From Podarcis filfolensis (lineage: Eukaryota): DNA of 64,000 bases. Below the pieces are notes generated by a model that made no database searches, was not told the DNA's origin, and saw only the letters and a program-made list of their open reading frames with translations. The position numbers and the translations under genes are program-made. Shown here one piece after another: positions 26,643-39,629 of this stretch; the first letter of the stretch is position 1, and the number at the start of each line of letters is the position of its first letter. The stretch lies in assembly GCA_964270895.1 (NCBI GenBank), contig OZ185446.1, one strand, 5' to 3'.

Positions 26643-26693
<51 letters not shown>
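26642..26693. repeat. (CT)n(CA)n microsatellite
   Basis: Directly visible. Confidence 0.95.
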
Positions 26694-26694
<1 letters not shown>

Positions 26695-27447
26695 TATGCA
26701 TTTGGGGCAGCCTGCCATCAGTGCACACAACTGTTTAGCTATTTAGTACATTTTGTAGGTTCCAAAAACAAGGTCACAACTTGCTTATGGGAATACTAAG
26801 CAGTTGGAATGGGTTGCATAGCTCCGAAGGCATGATCCAGTAACAGTAGCTCAGGATTGCATTTTTGGACTGCAAGGTGGTACATCTGAAATCCTAAAGG
26901 AACCAGGAGAATCAAATCAAACTGTGATTGGTCCTCTGTAATGGAACGTTCAAAATTAAGCCAAAAGGATTTAATTTTGGATCTATATCAAGTCCTGTGG
27001 ATTCCAGCACAGGTTAAGGCAAGAACATCTAACTCATTTTAGCAGATAGCTTTGGAAAGTAAGGCTGAGGAAAGTAAAAGTCCCCAGTTTGAACTTATAT
27101 CCATTTAGATTTAATCTTTTCAGAAAACATGACAAATAAGCTGCAGAAAATCTGTTTGCTTATGGCAAACAGCTGCAAAATACACCAGCTCACATTTAGA
27201 ATCAAATATGATGCAACGTTATTTCCTTTTCTACCTCTTCAAGGAATTGGAGCAGATGAACGCCTAGTACTTTTCATGTTTCTATTTATGTCAATTGATA
27301 GTTGTGGCAGAAAGTCTTTCTCTTAATGTCTCAGTTTCAATAAACATTTACCTTTGCAAGCACGCTCTGCCAGTGTCAACAGAATTGCAATGAACAAGAT
27401 AATCAACAGATCGAACAATGCAGTTTTGTGCATGTCCTACTTGGAAG

Positions 27448-27869
27448 TAGGAGTGGGCAAATGTGTCAGTTTCAGTTTCTTATTGTTTCAATCTTAAATT
27501 CAAATCTCCCCATCAGTTTGTGAATAATTTTTAAAGGCCCTGTGGAAATTCACCAGCATTTTAGTACAAATTTATGCTAATATACGCATTTTTAATGCAG
27601 ATTTTTCTTATATGCACATTTATTTATTTTTTGCAAAGTATCCCTTCCTCACTTTTATATTTTTCCACACACAGTGCATTTTTGTATGTTATTTTAATGC
27701 ACGGTATACCATTTTGGCTAGACAACTGCATTGCAAAATTCAGAGGTGTGCAAATTGTGAAGAACGGCAGTGGTTTCGTTTGTATATTGTTTCAGAAAGT
27801 GCAAATTAGGTAGATTCACTTTTAAATTTGAACAAAATCAGATTATCAGGTTTCCCTCCCCTATCCCTA
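27448..27869. mobile_element. Second copy of the tagggatgg-terminus DNA transposon
   Basis: Inverted homology to 22218-22666. Confidence 0.6.
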
Positions 27870-28454
27870 CCCAGAAGTAATCCCCATTGAGTTCAGTAAG
27901 ACTTAATCCCAGCTAAATGTCTATAGGTCTATACTCTTAAAACTTATTCAAACACAAGTAAAGAAGCTAGTGCCAGCTTACAAATGCAACTCCACTTCTG
28001 GTTCTTAGAGTGCTGATTTTGTTTTGAAAGAGGGAAAGAATGAGATTGTTCTTCTGGGTCCAAGTTGTACAAAGTGACCTAGGAATGACCTCTGTGGACA
28101 GGGAGCCCGTGTCACCGATGGCCATATTGATCTGGAGATGATGGCTGAGGGCAATGTGTACTGATGACATGACAGTCTGCTAAGGTGATGATAACCATCT
28201 CTGATACCTTTGTAGTGATCTTCTTGCTTCATTGTCATTTCTGGCAACACAACCCTTGGGCAGAAGGTAGCATAGTTCTAAAAAGTTCAAGCCTAGGTTA
28301 GGGAAGATGCACCACTGCCTTATGCATCATTTATAAATGCTAGCTTTTTATTAGTAATATTGAACTTTTAAGGTTCAAAAAGAAGTTCATTTGGTTCAGA
28401 GTACCAGAGACCCTTGGCTTATTTGATTATATCTTTGCATTTAATCCTCTCAAA

Positions 28455-28457
<3 letters not shown>

Positions 28458-28500
<43 letters not shown>

Positions 28501-28940
28501 TTATACTCCACCCATCTGGCTGGGTTTCCCCAGCCACTCTGGGCAGCTTCCCACAGAATATTAAAAACACGATAAAACATCAAACATTAAAAACTTCCCT
28601 AAACAGGGCTGCCTCAGATGTCTTCTAAAAGTCAGATAGTTGTTTATTTCCTTGACATCTGATGGGCAGGCGTTCCACAGGGTGGGCGTCACTACCGAGA
28701 AGGCCCTCTGCCTGGTTCCCTGTCACCTCACTTCTCGCAATGAGGGAACTGCCAGAAGGCCCTCGGAGCTGGACCTCGGTCTTTGGACTGAATGATGGGA
28801 GTGGAGATGCTCTTTCAGATATACTGGGCCGAGGCCCTTTAGGGCTTTAAAGGTCAGCACCAACACTTTGAATTGTGCTCAGAAACATACTGGGAGTCAA
28901 TGTAGGTCTTTCAGGACCAGTGTTATATGGTCTTGGTAGT
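28458..28940 (-). mobile_element. L2 LINE 3' fragment with (TAA)n tail
   Basis: (taa)n 28458-28500, then the reverse complement of the L2 ORF2 end; homologous to 51138-51533. Confidence 0.9.
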
Positions 28941-29342
28941 CACTAAGTTTGCAGGGTGTGTTGATTTCTCACTCCCTCACTGTTATGTTTTGTTACCAGT
29001 TCTGATGTGAAAACTTACTATGACATAGAAAGTTTTGGCTATGGCTGGCATCAAAGGTTGGCTTTGTTGGGCATCTGTGGAGGTCCACACCCCAGGGGAG
29101 GACCCACTGCTAACCAGACCACCCTGGTCCTGCTCCACCTTTTTGCTGTTTTTGCTACTTCTTTACCTGCCATCTCCAAAGGTGGAAGGAGTGGTAAGAG
29201 CAAGGAGTAAGAGGATCACTTGCTTTTCCCTCTCTTCTGAGTAGTGACATGGCCTGAGCTTACAAAGAGAGGCCAAGCAAATAGGCAGGGTTACAATGTC
29301 AAGGAGCTCACTGACTGTGAAGGAAGACCTACTGAGAGTATA

Positions 29343-29478
29343 CAGTTGACTGACGGGGCTTCTGATTGGCTGCAGGACCTTCCTGCAGCCAATCAGAAAC
29401 CACACTTTGGTTTCCGAACGTTTTGGAAGTCGGATGGACTTCTGGAATGGATTCCGTTTGACTTCCGAGGTACCACTG
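29343..29478 (+). mobile_element. Tc1/mariner MITE, family B (internally deleted)
   Basis: Right TIR gaggtaccactg plus TA; body matches 48827-49059. Confidence 0.8.
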
Positions 29479-30687
29479 TATTGCCTGAGCCCATCGTCAC
29501 CCCCACACCACCAAAGAAAACCTGGAGCCAACATTGGTTACAGTGTCACTGGTGGGTACCTTTCCACACAGTTGGAAGTTGCTATCTGAGAATCAGATAC
29601 TACATATTACACCAGATGAATAGAAATTCACTACAGGGAATTGACTGCTATTCATATCAACTAACTTATAAACCAACTCTTGGCTCTCTAGTCTTCTCAC
29701 ATTTCCACCACTTCATCTGACTCAAGCTCTGTGCATATAATTATGACAGTTTGAGTAAGAATTGAACATCCTGAACAAAAAGGTAGAAAACATTTCAAAC
29801 AACAGAGCTAAAAATGAATGTTTCAGCGTGAGTTCCAATAGCTTTCCCCCTTTCGTTAAGTAGAAATTCTTACACCTCTTGCATATTTCACGCAAAGAAG
29901 CAAGAGTAGAACTCATCATATCCCAGGTTTTTCTTAAATCAGGACCTAGGAGTGGCATTTGTGAGATGGTTCAGCAGGGGTAAAAGTCAGCATCGAAACA
30001 TACAGGAAACCCTGTCATTTTTTCACTGTGCGGTGTAGGCAAGACATGCCCTTTGTTATGTTATGGGCACCTGCCACTCTTGTTTCTGTCTTGTGGAATT
30101 ATTGGTGAAAGCATGACTAATAAAATGGGTTGTGAACCAAAATTCAATAGTCACAAAGTTAATTACAGGTTTGCAACAGTATAAACTTATAGTCTGATCA
30201 ATATGTAAATTCTGACCTTCAATGGTATTTTCAGCGTTCTTTTAAGAGCTTGTCTTGCAAAGATGAACTTAACAGCCTGAAACTTCCTTTTATGAAGTTA
30301 CACTAATCTAACAATAACATAATCTACCTATCCATCTGTGTTATGGAAACCACTTTGCAAACAGAAGATCTAGTTCTAGTGTATTAGAAACATTTCTTGA
30401 TATTTTGTGTCTAATTATCTTAACAGTTTTTTTTAAGTTACAAAAAGCAGAATATCTTGTTACATGACGATGCAAGATGCTAACATTCAATTCTTGCCCA
30501 CTAAGATTAAAATCTAGGGATACTGCAGCATTCTCCTGTTCTTAGCTAAGGAGGCTGGTTTTCTTATCTACCTGTTTAGTATCTTTGGAAGAGGCAACTA
30601 CACACATTCAAGTAAAGGATGGCTATTTTCTTTGAACAATTATCTTTCTTCTCTAATTCTGACCATTAAGGGTTTTTGACTTATAGG

Positions 30688-30996
30688 CAGGAGCGGATCT
30701 GCTATGAAACTAATGAGGCTTAAACTTTAGAGCCTCTAATTCTGGAGGAACCCCAGAAGTGACTTTAGTCCACATTGCTTACACATTTTGGGTCTAGTAG
30801 ACTCAACATGACTCAAATGATTTATTTTTGGGGTATATATTTCAACATTCCCAAATTTTGAGAGCCAGAAGCCCAGGTGTTGTAAATGTGTGGTGATTTG
30901 TCATGGAACAACCCTTTTGCAGAAGAGGACAGTGGTTACCCAGACTTTGTTGCTGGTTGCAAAGGGCCCCCCCATAACAGTTCAAGTTTCAGGGCC
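30688..30996. mobile_element. Probable hAT-like non-autonomous element, interrupted by a SINE
   Basis: caggagcggatc-type terminus and gggcccc-rich subterminal motifs; no TSD verified. Confidence 0.4.
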
Positions 30997-31288
30997 CTCA
31001 TCTCGTTTTATTGGCCGAGGGAGCCGGCGTACAGCTTCCGGGTCATGTGGCCAGCATGACTAAGCCGCTTCTGGCGAACCAGAGCAGCGCATGGAAACGC
31101 CGTTTACCTTCCTGCCAGAGCGGTACCTATTTATCTACTTGCACTTTGACGTGCTTTCAAACTGCTAGGTTGGCAGGAGCAGGGACCGAGCAACGGGAGC
31201 TCACCCTGTCATGGGAATTCGAACCGCCGACCTTCTGATCGGTAAATCCTAGGCTCTGTGGTTTAACCCACAATGCCACCCGCGTCCC
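30997..31288 (-). mobile_element. Sauria SINE (3' truncated)
   Basis: Same sequence as the 12460 copy, lacking the terminal tail. Confidence 0.93.
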
Positions 31289-32926
31289 TGGAGTCCATGC
31301 AATTGTATATAAAAATATATTTTCCAGTCTCCTTGTCTGGTTAAAAATGGTCAAGGCAGCATGTTCTAAGGAAAACAAGAATATTCCAATTAACTATTAT
31401 TAGCAGTTATCTATACCCCCCCCGCCAGTTCACATTGAGTACGAGGTCCAAAATTTTGCATTTTGTATGACCGAAGAGGAGATTGGTACCCACTAATTTG
31501 TCCTTAACACAAACAGTGTTTTCAAGGAACACCTTGTAAGAAACATGGCCACCTGATGTACTGCAAAGCACAAGGAAGGCTAGTGTTTTTCCAGGCATCC
31601 ATCTTCTTAAGAGAATCAGTGTATTTGCTTGGGTGGTTTTGTGTGTTGTGTTAATAGCTGTAGGTTCAGCGGGGAATTGTCAATAGCTCAAAAGGGAAGT
31701 GCAAAAGGATCATATATCTGGAATAAAGTATACCCCAAAGTACACTTCAAGGTTGTATTTTTCTTTAACAGTCTTGGTGACGTTGTAAACCACAGGAGTG
31801 GAGCAAATGAGCTATCAGAAGGTTGTTTAGATTGAATGGCTTGTAAAAGGTAACATCTGGATGCCTGCTAGTGTCTCAGACACTCAAATTGATAACTGGT
31901 GACGATGAGGAGAAGGGAGGTGAGAGGGGGAAAAGCTGACTTTTAAAAACTTTCCTCATTGTCTCCCAGTGTCTTCTTAAACTTCTCAAATCAGAGACAA
32001 TTATAAAAGCAATCAAGAATATTCTCCTTCCATCAGACTTGTTTTCTATGTAGTAATACTTCACAGAGATTTCTGAAACTACCAGGGCAACAAAATTGTG
32101 GTAAGTATGGATTGTAAATATTTCAGTTTCAGCGTCAGCATTTATATTTACTCTGAAACAGTGAATAGCTTTACAGTATTTCGGACCAGTTTGTATGGCA
32201 CTTTTTTATAAATACAGACCACTAATTAACACAATCATTTAACCATGGAGGTATACAGCTGTTTAAGGAGTTAGTTACCTGTATCATCTACCCATGTGGT
32301 GAGGAAGAATGACCTTTACCCCTGCTTCCCTCTGTTTCTGAGCAGGGCCTAAATTCGGATAAAATGTTCCCACAATCACACGTCTAGACTCTACTAATAA
32401 CTAAATTTCCATGTGTTTTTATGTTCTCAATTTAATGATAGCCCCTATTCATCCACAACAAGGTTATTTACCCATTTTACAGGGCAAACATTTCTTGCAA
32501 ATATATCCTTGTGGTGACAGCTGGTATTTCTTGAGAACAAACAAGTGCCCCGAAGTGGGAAATACCAGTTGTCACCAAGTGACTTGGAGTCGTAAGAAAT
32601 TTTGAAATTGATGAAGTAATCTCATCTTGTGGGGACTATTTTGGTGTATTCATCCAGGAATCTGAAGAACTTGTACACTTTTTACTCTCTCATCCAGGTG
32701 TTTTTGTTTTTAGCATTTAGAAAGAGCTTTAATTAACAAACTGGTCTGGAAAAAAGAAGGGGTGGGGGAAATGGAGGGAATAAACTGTGAAGCTGGATGG
32801 AAGCGGGGAGGGTGTGTGATGGGGAGGGACCCAAGAAAAGAAAAGTGAGAGACCGCTGCAGCTATCTAGAAGATGCACCCGAAAGCCCATGCACAATAAA
32901 CCACCTAGAATCTTAGTGGAATAAGC

Positions 32927-33065
32927 CAGTGTCCTTCCAATCCTTGGACTCCAAGATGTGGAGGGACTACAAGTCCCATCATCCTTGACCATCAAGCCAA
33001 GCTGGCTGTGGACAATGGAAGTTGTAGTCGACCTACATCTTGGGACGCAAGGTTGAAGACCACCG
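32927..33065. mobile_element. hAT-type palindromic MITE
   Basis: Same family as 13513; 8-bp TSD gaataagc/gaagaagc (1 mismatch). Confidence 0.82.
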
Positions 33066-33204
33066 GAAGAAGCCATACCATCCAGAAGAACACCATGCTG
33101 CTCCTCCCTTCACAGATACCAAGTGTTATTTATGCATTTGTCTTCTTACAGAACCCCAAAACTCGGCAAACTTCTCCATTATCTCATCCAGGTTTTGAAT
33201 TTTT

Positions 33205-34640
33205 TTAAAAAGTATTTTTATCCATATAACCCTAATAACAAAATAGAACTTCATGAGACAAACACACAAAAACTAGACTGAACCAAACCAAGGTTGGCAT
33301 GGGATTTTATATCCGCAAGAAGGAATGATAAATCTGGTTATCCGGATATTTGTGATACGATACAGCAGGTAAGTGTAGAGTACCATCACAAGAAATGATG
33401 ATAAGAAAATAAGAGCTGTGGTGCACATGGCTTACAAGATATACAGGAACGTAAACCTATAGTTTGGTTTGAAGCTCAACATCAAAAAACCAAAGATCAT
33501 GGCCACTGGTCCCATCACCTCCTGGCAAGTAGAAGGGGAAGAAATGGAGGCAGTGAGAGATTTTACTTTCTTGGGCTCCATGATCACTGCAGAGGGTGAC
33601 AGCAGCCACAAAATTAAAAGATGCCTGCTTCTTGGGAGAAAAGCAATGACAAACCTAGACAGCATCTTAAAAAGTAGAGACATCACCTTGCCAACAAAGG
33701 TCCGTAAAGTAAAAGCTATGGTTTTCCCAGTAGTGATGTATAGTGATGTTTCCCAGGAAGTGAAAGCTGGACCGTAAAGAAGGCTGATCACCGAAGAATT
33801 GATGCTTTTGAATTATGGTGCCGGAGGAGACTCTTGAGAGTCCCATGGACTGCAAGAAGATCAAACCTCTCCATTCTTAAGGAAATCAGCCCTGAGTGCT
33901 CACTGGAAGGACAGATCCTGAAGCTGAGGCTCCAATACTTTGGCCACCTCATGAGAAGAGAAGACTCCCTGGAAAAGACCCTGATGTTGGGAAAGATGGA
34001 GGGCACAAGGAGAAGGGGACGACAGAGGACGAGATGGTTGGACAGTGTTCTCGAAGCTACCAGCATGAATTTGACCAAACTGAGGGAGGCAGTGGAAGAC
34101 AGGAGTGCCTGGCGTGCTCTGGTCCATGGGGTCACGAAGAGTTGGACATGACTAAACGACTAAACAGCAACAACAAACCTATAGCTGAAACCACCAGAGG
34201 CACAAAGAGTACCAATAACAAAAGGCTCTATGTTACATCAGTAGCCCCCCTCCCCAAACCAATTAGAGGTTACTTATCCCACATTTCATGAGAGACTTGT
34301 GGGAGAGACAAGTGTAATTTTTAAAAAATGTATTCAATGAAATCCCACCAAATTGAGTCAAAAGAGGTTAGCTTTCTGTTTCGAAAAAGACCAAGTAAGT
34401 TGTTCATGTAATGAAAATTTTCATATATTACTCTACTAGGTTTTGATTTCTGAAGGGAGATAGTTGTATATCTCAATGCAGAGCCTTGATCCACTATGGC
34501 CTGCATAAGTTTGTGGCTAGTGTATAGACTCCAATTTATTAAATTACAACCATCTCCCTTCAGCATTTCTGCACTATGAGAGCTTCCTTCTAGCCTTCCT
34601 GGTCCATTTGAGGGAGTAATGGTACAAGGAGATGTCTGAG
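33205..34640 (-). mobile_element. Old L1 LINE 3' fragment (split by the Bov-B insertion)
   Basis: Minus frame ends ...RNRKLTSFDSIWWDFIEYIF*, resembling the F..IW..F..Y end of non-mammalian L1 ORF2; T-rich end near 33205; boundaries approximate. Confidence 0.55.
33463..34174 (+). mobile_element. Bov-B LINE (RTE clade), 5'-truncated 3' end encoding the C-terminal part of the RT ORF
   Basis: LNIKKPKIMATGPITSWQ...RVPWTARRSNLSILKEISPECSLEGQILKLRLQYFGHLMRR...; (caa)n tail; 10-bp TSD aaacctatag at 33453-33462 and 34175-34184. Confidence 0.97.
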
Positions 34641-35514
34641 GTCTGTCAATTATGTATATTTCAGTGTAAAGAAAATTAACAAGATGAATTTTTAAAGGGA
34701 CAGCGATGGGCTCCCCCCTGTCAGAAAGTGGATCTATGCAGCAGGAGGACACAGCCTAACTCCTCTAGCTTGGGTAAATGGTAATGTAAATCAAGTCATC
34801 TTTTCCATTATTCTAAGGAAACAAAAATCACCAGGGCTTTTGACATGTCAGCCTAGGAGACACATTTTGTCATATTCCTGATTATAATGCTACCCAAAGC
34901 TTGTTTGGCAATGAATAATCTTGCTAATGCACTATGTTCGCTGGGTTTAAGTCCAAAGCCTTAGCTGTTAAAAATATCCAGATCTTCTGTGCAGTAATAT
35001 TCCTGTGTTTCAAACAGGCGGCAAGAAAGGGAATATTTCCTATGGGAGCAGAGAGTTTGTAAAAATAATTTAGACATTTTCTAGTTTATTTTCCATGCTA
35101 TTGATTATAATAGAAAGACTTACAGGCTGCTTCAGTGCTAAGTGCCAGCTATGAAGGATCTGTAATACCTCTGGCTTTCAGGAAGTTCAAGAGTTCAGTA
35201 TTGTTTTAAATTAAGATCATTTTTCTTTCATGGGCAAATGTGGACTTAGAATGGACCTTAATTAAGTACCAGCAATTTTCTACTTTTGATTTGTATGTTT
35301 TCCACAGCCGGTGATTCTAGCTACTTTTCCCAGGGTAGTCCCCTTCATTTAAAAGGATACTGTCAGATTACATGATTCAGAGTTTGACTTTAAATTTGAT
35401 GTAATAAAGTAAACCAAGAGATGGATCAAAATCTTGAGGTCTGTATTCAATTTTAAACCAGTAATCCAGACTCTGACTTTACATAATATGGCATCTTGCT
35501 CTTGGAACTTTTTA

Positions 35515-36880
35515 TTGTGATAATTTTTAATTAGTTTTCAATTACATTCTAATAATAGCCTCATCATAACAATACCAATTTATAATACAATTATTAATAC
35601 CAATCATTCAAATACTAAATTATATAATTTAATTAAAGTGGCCCTCACCTGCTACATTTGATGGTTTTCTGATTTTCTTTATTTCTGCATTCCAAAATCT
35701 TATTAGTTTCAGTTACATTCCAGTCATAATAATAACCCCTTATATAGCAATATTAATAACTTCTATTTGTGTTGACACATTAAATGATTTATAAAACTTC
35801 AAGTGTGGGACTCAAATGATATCATTGTTCTGTCTTGTGTGTAGCAATTATTCTGTCCATGAGGATTCTTCCTGTCCTTGTAAGATGTTATGTCTTTCTT
35901 TCCTCCGATTGTTGCTGTTATCCATCATGCCTTGGGTGGAGCTGATATTCTGTTGTTGTTCCAGAAGTTTCTCCATCACTTCATTGTTTTGCACCAATAA
36001 CTTTAACAACAGCTGCAAAAGTCACTCTGTCCCTGTAAATAAATTGTTGTCACCATCCCACCCCCAGCCTGGGAAGAGGAGTGGTCTGTCGAACTACAGA
36101 TGACTCAATAAGAAACCTTATCAGTTCCTTGGCAGCTCACAGACTCCTTTCATCCTTCCAGCTGAAGATATATGGTCAATTATTCTTCCAATTAAATTAG
36201 ATTCCAAGTCCTCTAACATTATTCAGTTCACTTCATAGGTAATAAAGGATGGGAAAGAGTCAGCTCTAAGTTTCCATTGTAAACCTTTTGCAAAATAGAG
36301 TTTCCCTCCCTTTCCCCCTTTTTTACACACATAGTTCCGTTTGATGTTATAATCTATATTTTTCATCCAATTTCTTCCATCCTCACTTGTACAAGCATCC
36401 TCATTTGAACTACCATTCAGGGAAGGGTTGCTGAATCTTAAATATAGAGAGGAAAATTTTAAATAAACCAACTGTAAGCTATCCTCCCCTATCTTTTGCA
36501 TCGAATGAAGTCTTATCTCAAATTCAAACCTTAAAGTCCTTGCAGTTGGTTTGTTCCGCAGTTTGTGATCTCATCTCTTCTATCACACGCCAGCACTTTA
36601 GTCCAATTAAGCTCTAATTAACAGGAGAACCTCTGCTTCTTAATGGCGGTGTAGGAGGGTTTTTGCCAGGTGAAGTGCTTTTGTACTCAGCGCCTCCCTA
36701 GCCCCCACATTCCATGCAAGAGCCAGGTACCAAGATGGACTGCTAGTAAAGCCCATTCCCCCCCTCCCTGGGGGAAATTTGCAAGAATGATTTACCGTCT
36801 ATCATCCTTGTTTTTCCATCTCCTACGCTCTCCTGCTGTCCTGGGGGCTGTTTCCATTAAGGCAAACGGAACTGAAAACC
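35515..36880 (-). mobile_element. Short L1-like retroposon (1.37 kb, no recognisable ORF2)
   Basis: 18-bp TSD tgctcttggaacttttta (35497-35514; 36881-36898) ending in a TTTTT/A endonuclease site; AT-rich L1-type 3' UTR; coiled-coil-like peptide at 35848-36021. Confidence 0.7.
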
Positions 36881-38437
36881 TGCTCTTGGAACTTTTTAGC
36901 CCCATCTTGTCATTCTCATCATTTAAGAAGGTTCTGCTCCTGCTGAAGAAATTCACTAAAATCTCTGCTATTCTTAACACTTAGTCCCTGAGATGCCCAA
37001 CTTCAATTTTCAACCTTTTAAAGGGAATTTCTTCCATTAACTCTAATGCTGCTCAAGATTTGTTGCTGTTTTAATAAATATTAAAAGGGAAAGAAATTTA
37101 TACTTGACTTAATGTTTTTATTTTTCCATTAGCATTATCCACAGATCTAAAAACACAAACTAGCTTTACTTATCTCCTACTCATCTCAGCCCCAATACAC
37201 ATACGTAGCAAAATACCTTTAACTGAATCCAGTTTTCTGGAGAGAACAATGGCGATTTATTTTGAGCTAGCGACTGTTTCAGAAATCATAAAATGTGTTG
37301 GACAACATTAGAATATTATACACCTTACTGAAGGTCAATCCATAACATCACTGACAGCTTATTCCAGGGCATCAAAAGTTGCTCTTTAGAAATCATGTGC
37401 CTGATTCAAAATGATGCTAAGCATCGATGTGAGCAGTAGCTCATCTTTGTCAGAAGTTTGCCATATTCCACAGAATTGACTCAACGTGTAATACTGTGGA
37501 TGATAGTAGGACCAAGTTATGAAAGATGAGAAAATTACAAACACATTTACTGTTCAAATAGATACAAGTTTCCATCTCTGCAACACTTCTACCCTTGTCA
37601 GGGGGAAAACCTTGTAGTTATATATAGTGTTGTTTATTGTTCTCTTAGATGGTACTTAGTTTCATGTGAAAAGGCTAATGGTTCACTGCTACCAAACCTA
37701 GTGAGAATTCCATGGTCACAGAAATCTAAAAGTCAGGAAGGTTTCGATCTTTGGGCTCACCTATAATTTGTGCACCATAAATGTAGACCGAAGTCGTTAG
37801 GGACTTTGTAATGACAGTGCTGTCTATAACAGTATCATCAAGCAAGACATTGGCATAAATCATTGGCACTTTGCAAAGTGTCACTTCTGTCAACATCCCC
37901 CTGATGTGATCTTTAGTCTTTCAAATCCATAGACTGGCATTTGGATCAGCTAAGCATCCCACAACCTGTCTTGCATATTAAAGTTGCTTTAGCCAATATC
38001 TACATGCTGAAGTGGTGCCTGTTTCAAAATATTTTCAAACCATTTGCATAATATAATCCTGATACTTTCAAGCTTTTCTGTAGGGCATTACTGTACAGCC
38101 TGAATCTGCAACTAGCTTAATCAATAAAGAAAAGAAAAGAAACCTTGCTATTAATTTAAGCAAGGAACATAGCGAAATGACTAAACACTTGCTAATTAAA
38201 ATCAGATACAAAGTAATCACAGTTTAAAACAACACTTTAATGAAATTTTACAGAAACTTTTTTGGGGGTTATTCTCAATCAAGATTCTTTTCAGAGAATA
38301 TGCATCATGTTATCAAGACAGTCTGGACTACATTATATATATATATTTAACTATGGTAAGTAATAAGAATGTGCTTATACCAGCCTAATTGGATTGAATT
38401 AAACAGTTCATGTGGTATTGCAATAGCTTTATATAAG

Positions 38438-38438
<1 letters not shown>

Positions 38439-38488
<50 letters not shown>
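38439..38488. repeat. (TA)n microsatellite
   Basis: Directly visible. Confidence 0.95.
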
Positions 38489-38490
<2 letters not shown>

Positions 38491-39000
38491 ACTTAAACCT
38501 GTACAATATAGACCACTTTAAAGTCTGAAAGTTTTTATATTATTATTCAAATTATTCAAATCTCCAAACATGTTTCACTTGCTTAGACATACATATGTAA
38601 TTAGATCAGCACCAACATAAGATGACGTTCCATATAAGATATTCCATGTGGCTCTAAGCAGCAGCTGAAGTGCAACTACTCAGCCATAACCTCAAGAAAG
38701 AAGGTCTTCAGCAACAAGGAAACCATATAATAAAGTCATGCTGATAGTTAAAGTGAGGATCCTTCAGTGGGCTTGAACTCTCATTAAAGATATCAGCATG
38801 GTATCTGACTGCTTCAGAATGAAAAACGAGCTTGTTAGTTTGCAGAGGAGAAGCTATAAAACATCTAAGTTGTGGAAAAGGCTTGACTTCTGACCAAGGG
38901 ATGTTTAACAGCTTGCTTAAGGCAGATCTCTGTTTGCAATGCCAAAGAAAAAGTTGAAGTGTGCTCAACTGTGCTCTGAAATCCTGTTGAGTGGATTGTA

Positions 39001-39242
39001 CAATGGTACCTCAGGTTACATACACTTCAGGTTACATATGCTTCAGGTTACAGAATCCGCTAACCCAGAAATAGTGCTTCAGGTTAAGAACTTTGCTTCA
39101 GGATGAGAACAGAAATCGTGCTCCAGTGGCGCAGCAGCAGCAGGAGGCCCCATTAGCTAAAGTGGTGCTTCAGGTTAAGAACAGTTTCAGGTTAAGAACG
39201 GACCTCCGGAACGAATTAAGTACTTAACACGAGGTACCACTG
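39001..39242 (+). mobile_element. Tc1/mariner MITE, family A
   Basis: TIRs and TA TSD; homologous to 24488. Confidence 0.95.
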
Positions 39243-39244
39243 TA

Positions 39245-39629
39245 GGTACGGTAAGGTAAAAGGTAAAGGACCCCTGGATGGTTAAGTCCAGTCAAAGGCG
39301 ACTATGGGGTTGCGGCGCTCATCTCTCTTTCAGGCTGAGGGAGCCGGCGTTTGTCCACAGACCGTCTTCCGGGTCATGTGACCAGCATGACTAAACCACT
39401 ACTGGCACACGGAGGACTGTGATGAGTGCCAGAGCACACGAAAATGCCATTTACCTTCACATGGTACCTATTTATCTACTTGCACTGGCGTGCTTTTGAA
39501 CTGCTAGGTTGGCAGGAGCTGGGACAGAGCAATGGGAGCTCACCCCATCGCAGGGATTTGAACCGCTGACCTTCCAATCAGCAAGCCCAAGAGGCTCAGT
39601 GGTCTAGACCACAGCGCCACCCGTGTCCC
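39245..39629 (-). mobile_element. Sauria SINE, divergent subfamily
   Basis: Same head, but 3' region ggacccctggatggttaagtccagtcaaaggcgactatgggg differs from the other copies. Confidence 0.92.

Noticed and set aside
29244-29720. 158-aa ORF
   Set aside because: Reads through a mariner MITE (29343-29478) with no transposase motif; chance frame.
33432-34291. Several overlapping ORFs on both strands
   Set aside because: Only the two plus-strand RT-like frames are meaningful; the others are antisense or alternate frames of Bov-B, not host genes.
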